From the human T2T-CHM13v2.0 reference genome, Homo sapiens: 64,000 nt of DNA. Made by a program: the position numbers and the translations under genes. The notes below the pieces were generated by a model that saw only the letters and a program-made list of their open reading frames with translations, did not search any database and was not told the origin of the DNA. Position 1 is the first letter of the stretch. The number at the start of each line of letters is the position of its first letter. Where the stretch lies: NCBI RefSeq assembly GCF_009914755.1, contig NC_060948.1; one strand, 5' to 3'. Positions 13,868 to 23,199 of the stretch are shown here, one piece after another.

Positions 13868-14453
13868 TGTTGGAAAACCAGCCCCACACTGCCCAGCAGG
13901 TACCCCGAGTCCAGCGAAGACAAAGGAATTAGAAAGAGACAGAATGAGAGTTTAAAAGGCAGGTCCAGGGGACCAGAGAATTGGAGTCTTGTTCATGGCC
14001 TGGAGCTCTCAGCCTCCACCCAATTTATTGGCTTACAAGCTCTTTGTTCATAGGCAGATAGGAGGAGTAGAAGGGGATGAGGGAAAGGATTAATCAGTGA
14101 AGGAGAACTCATGAGTCATTCAATAAGATGTATAGCGAAGTGGCGGTTTCTGTGAATTTCCTTGAGCAAAGGAGTGTGTCTAAACTACTTAATGTATTTA
14201 ACTTATCAGGACTGAAATGGGTGGGAGTAGGTTTCAGGAGAATCCAGGACATTTGATTATACTCCACTGCTTCAAGGGAGTGTTATTTCCCTGTGAAAGC
14301 TGTGGCATGCCACCGAGCTGTTATGCTCTCCAGGCATAAGGACATGAAGGCAATAAGGAGATTTTCTCCTCAGACGCCATCCATGGCTCCCCATGGGAGT
14401 CTCACATGGGGGAGACCAACTCATCTGGCATCCCAGAAACTCTCTTTCCCATA
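13868..14453 (-). repeat. 3' LTR of HERV-K (LTR14C-like)
   Basis: Direct repeat of 18953-19837 without the Alu. It is preceded on the minus strand by a purine-rich PPT-like tract. Minus-strand AATAAA at 14024-14029. Confidence 0.9.
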
Positions 14454-14479
14454 TGTCCCACTTTTTTGTCTCCATTTTT

Positions 14480-16413
14480 TTTAATTAATAACCACCATTG
14501 CTATCATAGCTCATTCACGGTGTCTGTCTTCTCTCCCAAGGTGCTGTCTGCAACTGTAGACTAAAAAAAAAAAAAGCATAAACAGACACAAACCAAAATA
14601 ATATTTCAGTTGATGATCCACCTATGGTTTTAATTCACTTTAAAGGATTATTGTTAAAAAGGCCATCAGTGGCTCCAGCAAGAATATCATCTCCAAGCAA
14701 CAAGCTAGGATGAGCCTGAGATGCTGCAAAAAGTTGTTTTTTCCGTTTAGCAGGATCTAATGTTAAATTATCTTCTCCTGGTAGGTGATGTCTAATCATC
14801 TCCCAATGGTGTTCAGTGGTATTATAAGAGCTAGGAGGAAACAAAAATCAGAAGTATTCCAATCACTTTGCATTTGAATTCTCTGCTCCAAGCTCATAAT
14901 CTGACCACCCATTCAAATTACTGTTTGATGAAGATCATTAATTTGATTTGCCAATTTTTGATCTATTTGGCTTTGGGAATTCCAAAGCTTGGAAAAAATT
15001 TTCCTGTCAACTATCCACAGAGCTCACAGTTTGAATAGAATAATGCAAAGTTATACCAACAGCAGCAGCTATAGCTGTGACCGCTATAAGGCCCATGATG
15101 ACAGCTATTAAGGTAAATATGAATCTCTTTGATCTATTAAGTATTTCTTTTAGTACTGCAGTGATAATATATATGGAGGAAGAGGTGTCCCAAGGTCTAT
15201 TGAGGGAAACAGGTATCCAAACTCCTTCTCAGGCCCTAACCAGTAAAATGCTATTATCTTTATTAAAGGTAGAATTAATGCAGGTAAAAATATGACAGCT
15301 GAGGCATGATATGGTTTGAGAGTCAAGTAGGATATTAACTTTTCCTACTGCTAACATAAAAGGAGGTTTAACACAACTCTGCAATGGAACTGTCTTATTA
15401 GAGATCATGGCTACAACAAATCAAAGTTTTTCACTATGAGTCCGTGTTTTATATTCTCCTTTCCAAATCCCAACTGGGGTTTGAGCCAACATTAATTTCC
15501 ACAATTCTGGATGTTCTGGACTTATAATTGGATCAATCATTTTTGGCTTTGGAGGAGCCATACCATTCTCCTCCCACTTAATAGGGCAATTTGTTTCAAT
15601 TCTTCTATATAATTTTAGTGCATTATCTGGGAAGTCGTTTGCAAAGGAGCCTCTCCAAAATCTTTGCTGTGTCTAGTACAATTTACAGCAAAGTGACCCC
15701 TAGGGGCCCAATCAGTGATGATTCCAATGGAATTATTTTGCAATACTGCAGTGCTGTTTACAATACAAACTTCCCAGGTTAGCACCTCTAGATTTTCAGA
15801 CCATTTAGTGGCCTGCCTGGTGCAGGACTTCTTATTAGGTTTAAATTTATTAATCTGATGATATGTCATAACATAGCCATGCTCAAGGTATTTAATAGTG
15901 TCCAAAGACTGAAATGTTCTTCCACTGATTACATGAATAGAGGTCTTTCATCCATTATGTTCAGGGACATAAACCATCCAATTTAAACATCCTGCTGCTG
16001 GACCCAGGCAGATGGGAGGAAAGTGATAACCACTGGAAACTTTCATTAATATTCCTTCATCTTCTGGATGAGTAGGACCTTGGTTATCTATTGGTCCAGG
16101 CATCCAGACACTATCATTAACATAACCTCCACTGGGGCATCTAAACTTGTAACAGGCCTAATCAGTGGTGGGAATGCAATGTAGGTCCAATAAGTGTAAT
16201 TTTGATCTGCCCCTCTGCAGGGAGACTCACCACCAAGGAGATTACCACCATCATAGCTACCATTAGATTACTGGTGGTCAGCAGCTTGTGCTGAGACCAC
16301 AGGTTCTTTTCTTCAATGCGAGCTAGTCTCTTCATCTGCCCCCAGGTCGGTGGAGTTGCTTGGTAAGTTTCACTGGTTTCCATCTGCTCAACAGAGATGT
16401 TCATCTGAACCAT
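14480..16413 (-). pseudogene. HERV-K env remnant
   Basis: Signal-peptide region [10 protein letters not shown]...[15 protein letters not shown] resembles HML-2 env. SU fragment [15 protein letters not shown] and TM fragment [10 protein letters not shown] are present. Multiple stops and frameshifts. Confidence 0.88.
14504..16413 (-). CDS. Putative Rec-like spliced ORF, 79 aa (16413-16231 joined to 14560-14504)
   Basis: Donor GTG|GTGAGT and acceptor (T)nAG|TCTACAG sit at positions equivalent to HML-2 rec. The product is 61 aa + [18 protein letters not shown] then stop. Expression is not shown. Confidence 0.4.
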
Positions 16414-16551
16414 CTGATGAACTGGGGGTGTAGGGACTTTCTGAGGTCTTTTCCTCTTCCTTGAATTCTGGCTCCTGGCACAGCTTAAGATGTCTTGTGG
16501 GTACCCAGACAAGAAGTTGATTCTCTCCTGGTGAGATATAAGCAAATCCTC

Positions 16552-17130
16552 AATCCCAACAAGACCCACTGGGGCCTTTTGTTTGGGTCAGTTTTTGGGC
16601 CGTTGATAAAAGCTATGATGACACGTCTGCTCCTGTATCGACCAGAGCCTCAAATTGTTTTCCTTGAATAGTGACCTACAAATAGGACTATTGTCAGAGA
16701 CTTGATTTACCCAATAGGGAGCCTTGCCTGCTGAATTTGTGCTTCCATATCCTTTTTTTCTGAGATTTCTCCTAACTTAACATATGGTAAAAGCAACAGT
16801 TGAGCTATTCTGTCACCTGTTAGCACTCCAGGGAACAGTGGAGGAGATAACAATTTGAATTTCTCCCTGGCAATCAGAGCCCACTACTCCAGTATGTACT
16901 TGAATTCCCTTTAATTTTAAGCTGGACCTTCCCAGTATAAGTCCCACCATGTCCTTTGGCAATGGGCCGTAAATTCCCATTGGGATCTTCCTAGGAGGCT
17001 CCCCAGGAAGGAGGGATAGAGCTTTTGTGCAGCATAAATCTACTGCCCCACTTTTATCTGTGGAGGGGGACAATTGCTCTGCATTTGTACAGGGATACAC
17101 TGGGCTGGGAATACTCTGTTTGGAGTCAGG
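16552..17130 (-). pseudogene. HERV-K pro remnant (dUTPase plus N-half of aspartic protease)
   Basis: dUTPase motifs GAVDL, GLILGRSS and HTGVVGSDCQGEI. Protease FEALVDTGADVS at ~16620-16657. Truncated at a deletion junction at ~16551. Confidence 0.9.
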
Positions 17131-17149
17131 GATGACCCACCCTGAATTG

Positions 17150-18783
17150 GGAATGCCCTGTTTTGAGTTTTGCCTTTTTTGGCTCTTTGTACACTCTCTT
17201 TTTGCATGTCCTATCTTTCCCCAAGTATATCAAGATCCAGAGAACACTCATGTGTTTTTTATTACCCTTTGTCCAGCCATTGCCTGAGAAAGGAGGCTGG
17301 CCTTATATAAGGGCTCCTCAATGCCATCACAGGCTGTAATATATTCACTTACAGTTTTTTCCTCATTTAGATCTGCCTTTACCTTAATAGATCTAATTTC
17401 TGCCTGACATTCTGTATTCACAGTTTCATAAGCAAGCAGCTGAATGATCACTTTCCTGGCACAAGAATTTGAAATAGTCTTTTGAGCAGCTTCTTGCAAA
17501 TGGGGTGATAAAATCTGGATAAATCTCCCTTGGATCCTGTCAAACTGAGTTAAAAGAAGGATAAATAGTAACAGGGTCATGAATTTTTTTCCTGGTATCT
17601 TCAGCATATAGTTCTGAGCTGATCAACAGCCTCATCACCCATTACCATCTGTTGATTTACAGTACCCAATGCCTGTCCAATTCCAAGCAATTGATCAGAT
17701 GTGATATTAATAAGAGGTTGGGCCTGAGCATTTCTGCCTGCCTGACTTGTTGCTTCATCTGTCCACCAGGTTTTAAATTGGAGAAATTGAGATGGGGACA
17801 GGGTGGATTGAGCTAATGACTCCCAATCCATAGGTATTAAGGGCCTGTTATAAGCCACAAATTATAATGAGGAATGAACCTCAGAAGAATTTGGCCTATA
17901 TTGTCCAATTGCTTGCTTAAATTGCTTGTCCAATTTGGCCTATATTGTCCAATTGCTTTTTAATATTTTAAAAGAAAATGGCTCCCAGCAGGCCCGAGCA
18001 TGTTCTCTGGGCTCCTGAGCTGGAGAAATAATTACCAGAAACTGCCAAGCATCCAAATCCCCCATTTCTTGTGCCTGTCAAATGGATGCCTGAATTGCCC
18101 CTGCACCATAATTTGTATTTGGACTGGCTCACAGCATTTTTCTCCCACAATTAACAGGTGGACAAGCCTGGATCATTCCCTCACCGTAATTGGCTGTTGG
18201 GCTGTTGAAGCTTCCCTTTACCATAGTCAATGGTAGGCCGTGCAACAATGGGAGTGGCAAGCTGTGTCTCAGTACCTCTTTCCAAAAATTCATAAGGCTG
18301 AGGTGGAGGTGGCTGTTCTGCACTTTCCTCTAAAGATGCAGTAGGGGGAACTCTTTCTTTCATAAGTTTTTGGAGGTTAGCATATACACCTTCCCATTTC
18401 TCCCCCTTTTTTAAACTAGACTGTGATGGTTCACTGTGCTGATTATCAGACTCCTGATTATTAAACTTTTCTATGTCACCCTGAAACTTCTCCTCCTCCT
18501 CCTCAGGGTGGAAGGGCTCCAGTGCTGTTTTAATTGCTGACCACACAGACCAAGTGGAGAAGGGAATATCGCAGCCCTCTTGTTGTGCTCCTTGTAAGTC
18601 TGATCTGATCTTGTTCCAGTCTTTTATATTCATGGTTCTATATTCTGAGAACAAAGGAGAATACTTTTCTATGAGATGGAAAAAAGATGTGAGATTTTGG
18701 GTACTCATAATTACTCCTTTATGGCTCAATAACTGCTGCACCAGGCTTGAGTAATTATCAAACTTGTTTCCAGCCTGACTCAT
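17150..18783 (-). pseudogene. HERV-K gag remnant
   Basis: A matrix-like open stretch of 200 codons from ATG 18783. Capsid fragments PMDWESLAQSTLSPSQFLQFKTWW and LLAYETVNTECQ. One zinc-knuckle remnant GHAKREC. Frameshifted. Confidence 0.9.
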
Positions 18784-18952
18784 ATTTTCCTGAGGTTGCC
18801 CTGGAATTCTCTGAGTGCCCCACTTACCTGTAGAGCATGAAGGGAAAAGGTACTCGGACATCCTTTGTCAGTCATCCTGCACTTTCTACGCTCTGGTTTT
18901 CCCTCACTGGATGATTTGTAGAGATATAGGGAGTACTGTGTTGGGCACCAGA

Positions 18953-19837
18953 TGTTGAGGAAACAAGCCCCACACCACTGGGCAGGTACCCCGTGTCCAG
19001 CGGAGACAATGGAATTAGAAAGAGGCAGATTGAGAGTTTAAAAAGCAGGTCCAGGGGACCAGAGAATTGGAGGCTTGCTCACGGACCCGAGCTCTCAATC
19101 TCCACCCAATTTACTGGTTTACAAGCTCTTTGTTCTTAGGTCAGATGGGAGGGGTAGGAAGGGATGAGGAAAATGATTAATCAGTGAAGCAGAACTCGTG
19201 AGTCATTCAATAAGATGTGTAGCAGTGGTGGTTTCTGTGAATTTCCTCTTGCAAAGGCATGTGTCTAAACTATGTAAGATTTTTAACAGCCGGGCACAGT
19301 AGCTCACGCCTGTAATCCCAGCACTTTGGGAAGCCCAGGAGGGCAGATCACGAGATCAGGAGATCAAGACCACGGTGAAAACCTGTCTCTGCTAAAAATA
19401 CAAAAATTAGCCGGGTGCAGTGGTGGGTGCCTGTAGTCCCAGCTACTCGGAATGCAGAGGCAGGAGAATGGTGTGAACATGGGAAGTGGAGCTTGTGGTG
19501 AGCCAAGATCACACCACTGCACTCCAGCCTGGGTGACAGAGAGAGACTCCATCTCAAAAACATTATAATAGAAATAATAAAAATAACTTATCAGGACTGA
19601 AATGGGTGGGAGTGGGTTTCAGTAGAAGACAAGATGTTTGATTATACACCACTGCTTCAAGGGAGTGTTATTTCCCTGAGCAACCTGTAGCATGCTGCTG
19701 AGCTGTTATGCTCTTGAGAATAAAGACATGAAGTCAATAAGGAGACTTTTCTCCTCAGAGGCCACCCATGGCTCCCATGGGTGTCTCACACAGGGGAGAA
19801 GAAGTCATCTGGCATCCCAGAAACTCTCTTTCCCACA
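18953..19837 (-). repeat. 5' LTR of HERV-K (LTR14C-like), interrupted by an Alu
   Basis: TG...CA ends on the minus strand, followed by the PBS; homologous to 13868-14453. Confidence 0.9.
19288..19584 (+). mobile_element. AluY-lineage element with a 12-bp left-arm deletion (Yd-like)
   Basis: AATGGTGTGAAC...GGAGCTTG are AluY-type positions. GATCAAGACCACGGTGAAA lacks the usual ATCCTGGCTAAC segment. The element is absent from the 3' LTR. Confidence 0.85.
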
Positions 19838-20567
19838 GAGAATGAGCTATCTTGTTCTGGAGTCCTAGCAATGTTCAATGATTTCTGTCAGAGAACCCAA
19901 AAGCCTCCTGCAAAGTGCAAACAACCTCAGCCCCCATTAAGAGACCAAGACCCACAACCTGGGTTGCAGCCAGCCTACCCAAAGTCCCTTGTCCTTCCTG
20001 AAATCCCTGGAGGCCAATAAATCTGCAGTGAGAGGTAGCCCAACCCAGCAAATCCCAATGAAAGACGCTTTCCACAGTGAGGAAGGACATGGAGATGGAA
20101 TGAAACAGAGTCTAGATTACCAGGCAAAAGCCAGAAATGGCTGCCTACTTATCCACCTACAGGAATCATGCAGCCCTCTTGTAAAAGCTGGAGAGCAAGA
20201 GTCTCCTTGTTGGTGGCTGTAACAGGAATTTATGGTTTTAAAATTATCACAGATGCCCAGTCATTAAAACATGACACTGTTTAGAAGGAAACACTCATGC
20301 AATGGATTCTTTGAGAGTCACCTTCCATGAACAGGGAAACGTTTAGTGAGGAAGACATTGAGCCAGACCCAGGATACCCTAGGCTGATGAGGAACAGGTA
20401 AGTCAGAATATAAGAGGCAAGTATGGAGGTTACATCCTATATTGTATCAATCTCTCTCACTCCCATTTGGCTTCTGGTATGAAAGCTCTCATATGGGGGT
20501 TTGCCAGGATGGCACCAATTGGCAATCCAAATCTCCAAATGTTCCTTGCACATTGGAGTACTCCCAT

Positions 20568-21016
20568 TGTAGCAGCATAAGCCATGGACAAAACCCTTCA
20601 GACACTGGCTTAAAGAAGGAAGTGACTTTATTCATCTGGGAGCATCAGCCAACTGTCTCAAAAACCAAGTTCCCCAGAGAGAGATTCCTGCCCTTTTTAA
20701 AGGCTTTCAACTCTAAGAGGGTCCCTGTGAAGGGGTCGTCATTGATTGAGCAAGCATGGGGTATGTGGCTGGGGCTGCATGTATGGGTAATCAGGATAGA
20801 AGAGGACAAAACAGTTTCACGATGCTTCCTCATACAGTGTCTGGAACCTATAGATAATACAAGCGGTTAGGCGAGGGGTTGATTTTTAACTGCCAGTCCT
20901 GGAGTGCCGTGCATGTTCTGCCTGGCAATTGAATTCATCTCTGCCTTTCTTTAGTTTTTGATTCCTTTTTCTTTTTTTAAGGTATGAGACAATAAGAGAG
21001 GTGGTCTCCCTCCTTA
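20568..21016 (-). repeat. 3' LTR (LTR2 family)
   Basis: The minus strand begins TAAGGAGGGAGACCACCTCTCTTATTGTCT and is preceded by the PPT-like AAAGTGGGGAA. Confidence 0.88.
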
Positions 21017-21039
21017 TTCCCCACTTTGAGAATCTCACT

Positions 21040-23187
21040 TATTACTGGGAGTTCTCATTCTCATCCTCCCTTCCTAGGTCTTCCTGCAAGACAGATCAAT
21101 ATTGGTTCATGTAATATACTGGTGGTGAAGCATTTTGGTGGACAAAGGCAGTAACAAAGCTTCGCATTATTTGAAGGAGTATGAGTAGCAAGCAGGGGAG
21201 AAATAAGCATGTTCCTATTACTATTATTCTTCCTACTATAAGAGTTTTAAATCTTCCTAGCACTGGAAACCATTTTCCAAATATTGATCCAGGATCAAAC
21301 CAATGTCAATCGATATTTTTCATTCTTTTTCCAGGTAGCCAAAATGATGACAGATGTGCAAGGTGTGTCCTATCTCTAACTATATTTTTGACCACTTGCC
21401 CTTGATGATCTATATGCAGACAGCAATTGGTTCAGTTCAATTTTCCACAGACCTCACCTTCAGCTGCTAGCAAGTAGTCTAGGGCTAATCTATTTTGATA
21501 GATAGCATTTCTCCTCTGGGTTTCCTGCAAGGCTAAAAGACTCAAAGCTTTGCCAGTTTTATTAGTGATTATTTCTAAGACAGTTTGTAACTGTATGATT
21601 TGGTTGAGCATGTAACTGGGGGTTCAGTATCCCCATGAGCTGTCTTGTGCCCAAGTGGCAGGCCCATAGTATTGTATGATTCTTTTAGGGAGCCACTCAA
21701 TATATTTCAATTCGCCTATAGCTATGCTCCTCTTTTCTCAGGAAGCATAGACTTGGAAGACCAGGATTTCATGTGTTTTCATGGGCAGTAGGAAAAAGGA
21801 TGGTATAATGGTGCCAATAACAAAACTACCCGCCCATTTTTCAGGTAACATCGTGTAGGCTGTATGCCCAGATATCCAGCATAGTCCAGCATGGGCTGTC
21901 CAGTCCCATTGAGACTCTGTGTGGGTCCACATGGTTTGCAACTTTGGAAATTTACTAAACAGATTTTTCTCAGTGTGGTTTGAACCCCACCATATGGCTG
22001 TTTTTACTGTGCTGTTATACAGTTTTGCCCAAGGCAGGTGAACCTTCCCACAGGGAGGATGAAGTTGTTTCCTTCTATAGCTATGCAATACTGCCCAACA
22101 ATTGAGGTTCTTAGGACACAGAAGTTGCCAGTGTTGGTCTTCTGGATTGTAATCATATCAGGAATTGGATCAGTAGGCACTAATTCTCAGGTTTCTTAAG
22201 GCCATTGCTCTCCCATAGTGGTTCCCTCACATATATAAAAGGAAGAAATATTGAGGGAATGGACTACAGTTTCTGCTAACTGCAGGAACAAATTCTTTGT
22301 CTTCCCTGGGAACTCTGGTGTGGGCACATTTAATTCATCACAGAAAGTCTGAAACACTGGTTTGTAAGAACACATTTTGACCTCTTGTCTGACTGAAATA
22401 TTTACTCAAGGATCCTGTCCAGCTACATTGATCCCAAGAGTTACATGTTTTCCCTTTTTCCAATGGGGGGACTAGGGGACTGGTGATTATTGGTTCTAAG
22501 GTGTTACTGTGGCTGCTTGTGCAAGAGGAATCACCCTTTCCTTTCTGAAGCCATACTGGATATTTTTCATTATTTTTCCAGGTAGCCAAAATGACACAAG
22601 ACCAGCAATTACAAGCTTTATCATATTGGCCTAACTCGTGGCAAATATACTTATTCTCTGCTGGATAACTTTTTTCTCAGTCCAGAGAGCCACATCCTTA
22701 TCCTTAATGGTTAATATTAATGGTGACACCAGCATCAGAATTTAAGATTTTTTGTTTGGGGATTCATTTTTCTTCTGTTTTAGCTATTATTTTACTTGTA
22801 TCACTTAGAAAAGGGAGAGTTCTTAATCTTATTTCAAAGACTGTGTTCATAGGAGATTCAGATGTGTTATAGCATATCCGAGTGAAGTTATACAGGCAAT
22901 ATTCTTTTAAAGTTCCTAGGCATTCATAATATCTATAAACCGAAAGATTGTTTTAACTTGTTTCCCTACCTCAGTAACATGATGATTACACAGGGAACAG
23001 TCCTCCATTTTGGGAACATGACAGTGTTTAGAAGGAAACACTCATGCAATGGATTCTTTGAGGATCCTCTTCCATGAACTGGGAAACTTTTCATGTGGAA
23101 GACATACACAGTAAGCATTGTATAATCAGTCTTTATTATACAAGTCCAAATTTTAAGAAGAGTAAGTCCCACGATGAGTTTTCTCAT
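21040..23187 (-). pseudogene. HERV-E env remnant
   Basis: MRKLIVGLTLLKIWT start, WWGSNHTEKNLFSKFPKLQT, and immunosuppressive-domain-like [14 protein letters not shown] followed by NCCL. Stops and frameshifts present. Confidence 0.9.
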
Positions 23188-23199
23188 GCTTCAACCATG

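Larger units (their letters stand above)
3450..14450 (+). ncRNA. TTTY13: TTTY13-like testis transcript locus (ends uncertain)
   Basis: Spliced translation 9873-9946 + 10542 onward gives MKTQDDGVLPPYDVKQLRGWDLNLSLFLGLCLMLLLAASCLPFPGIMGLSHRSNRED, which matches my recollection of the TTTY13 putative peptide. The neighbouring HERV-K14C-like provirus and opposite-strand RBMY fit the known TTTY13 context. Probably a paralogous copy; the boundaries are inferred. Confidence 0.55.
13868..19837 (-). mobile_element. HERV-K (betaretrovirus-like) provirus, probably HERV-K14C/HML-9, pol deleted
   Basis: Paired LTRs and a 6-bp TSD GAGAAT (13862-13867 and 19838-19843). A degenerate tRNA-Lys PBS (TGGTGCCCAAC) ends at 18950. 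Gag, dUTPase, LVDTGAD protease and HML-type env remnants are present. The subgroup call comes from LTR length (586 bp) and remembered sequence, so it is less certain than the class. Confidence 0.93.

Noticed and set aside
16162-16569. 135-aa ORF as a novel fusion protein
   Set aside because: It starts at a GTG and spans the pro/IN deletion junction into the env leader. Only the env/Rec-like part is meaningful.
16390-18861. Spliced short ORF from ATG 18861 into the integrase-tail frame (MSEYLFPSCSTGENQLLVW...)
   Set aside because: It is a residual IN C-terminus with no independent support. Noted only because it could act as an upstream ORF that dampens the Rec-like frame.
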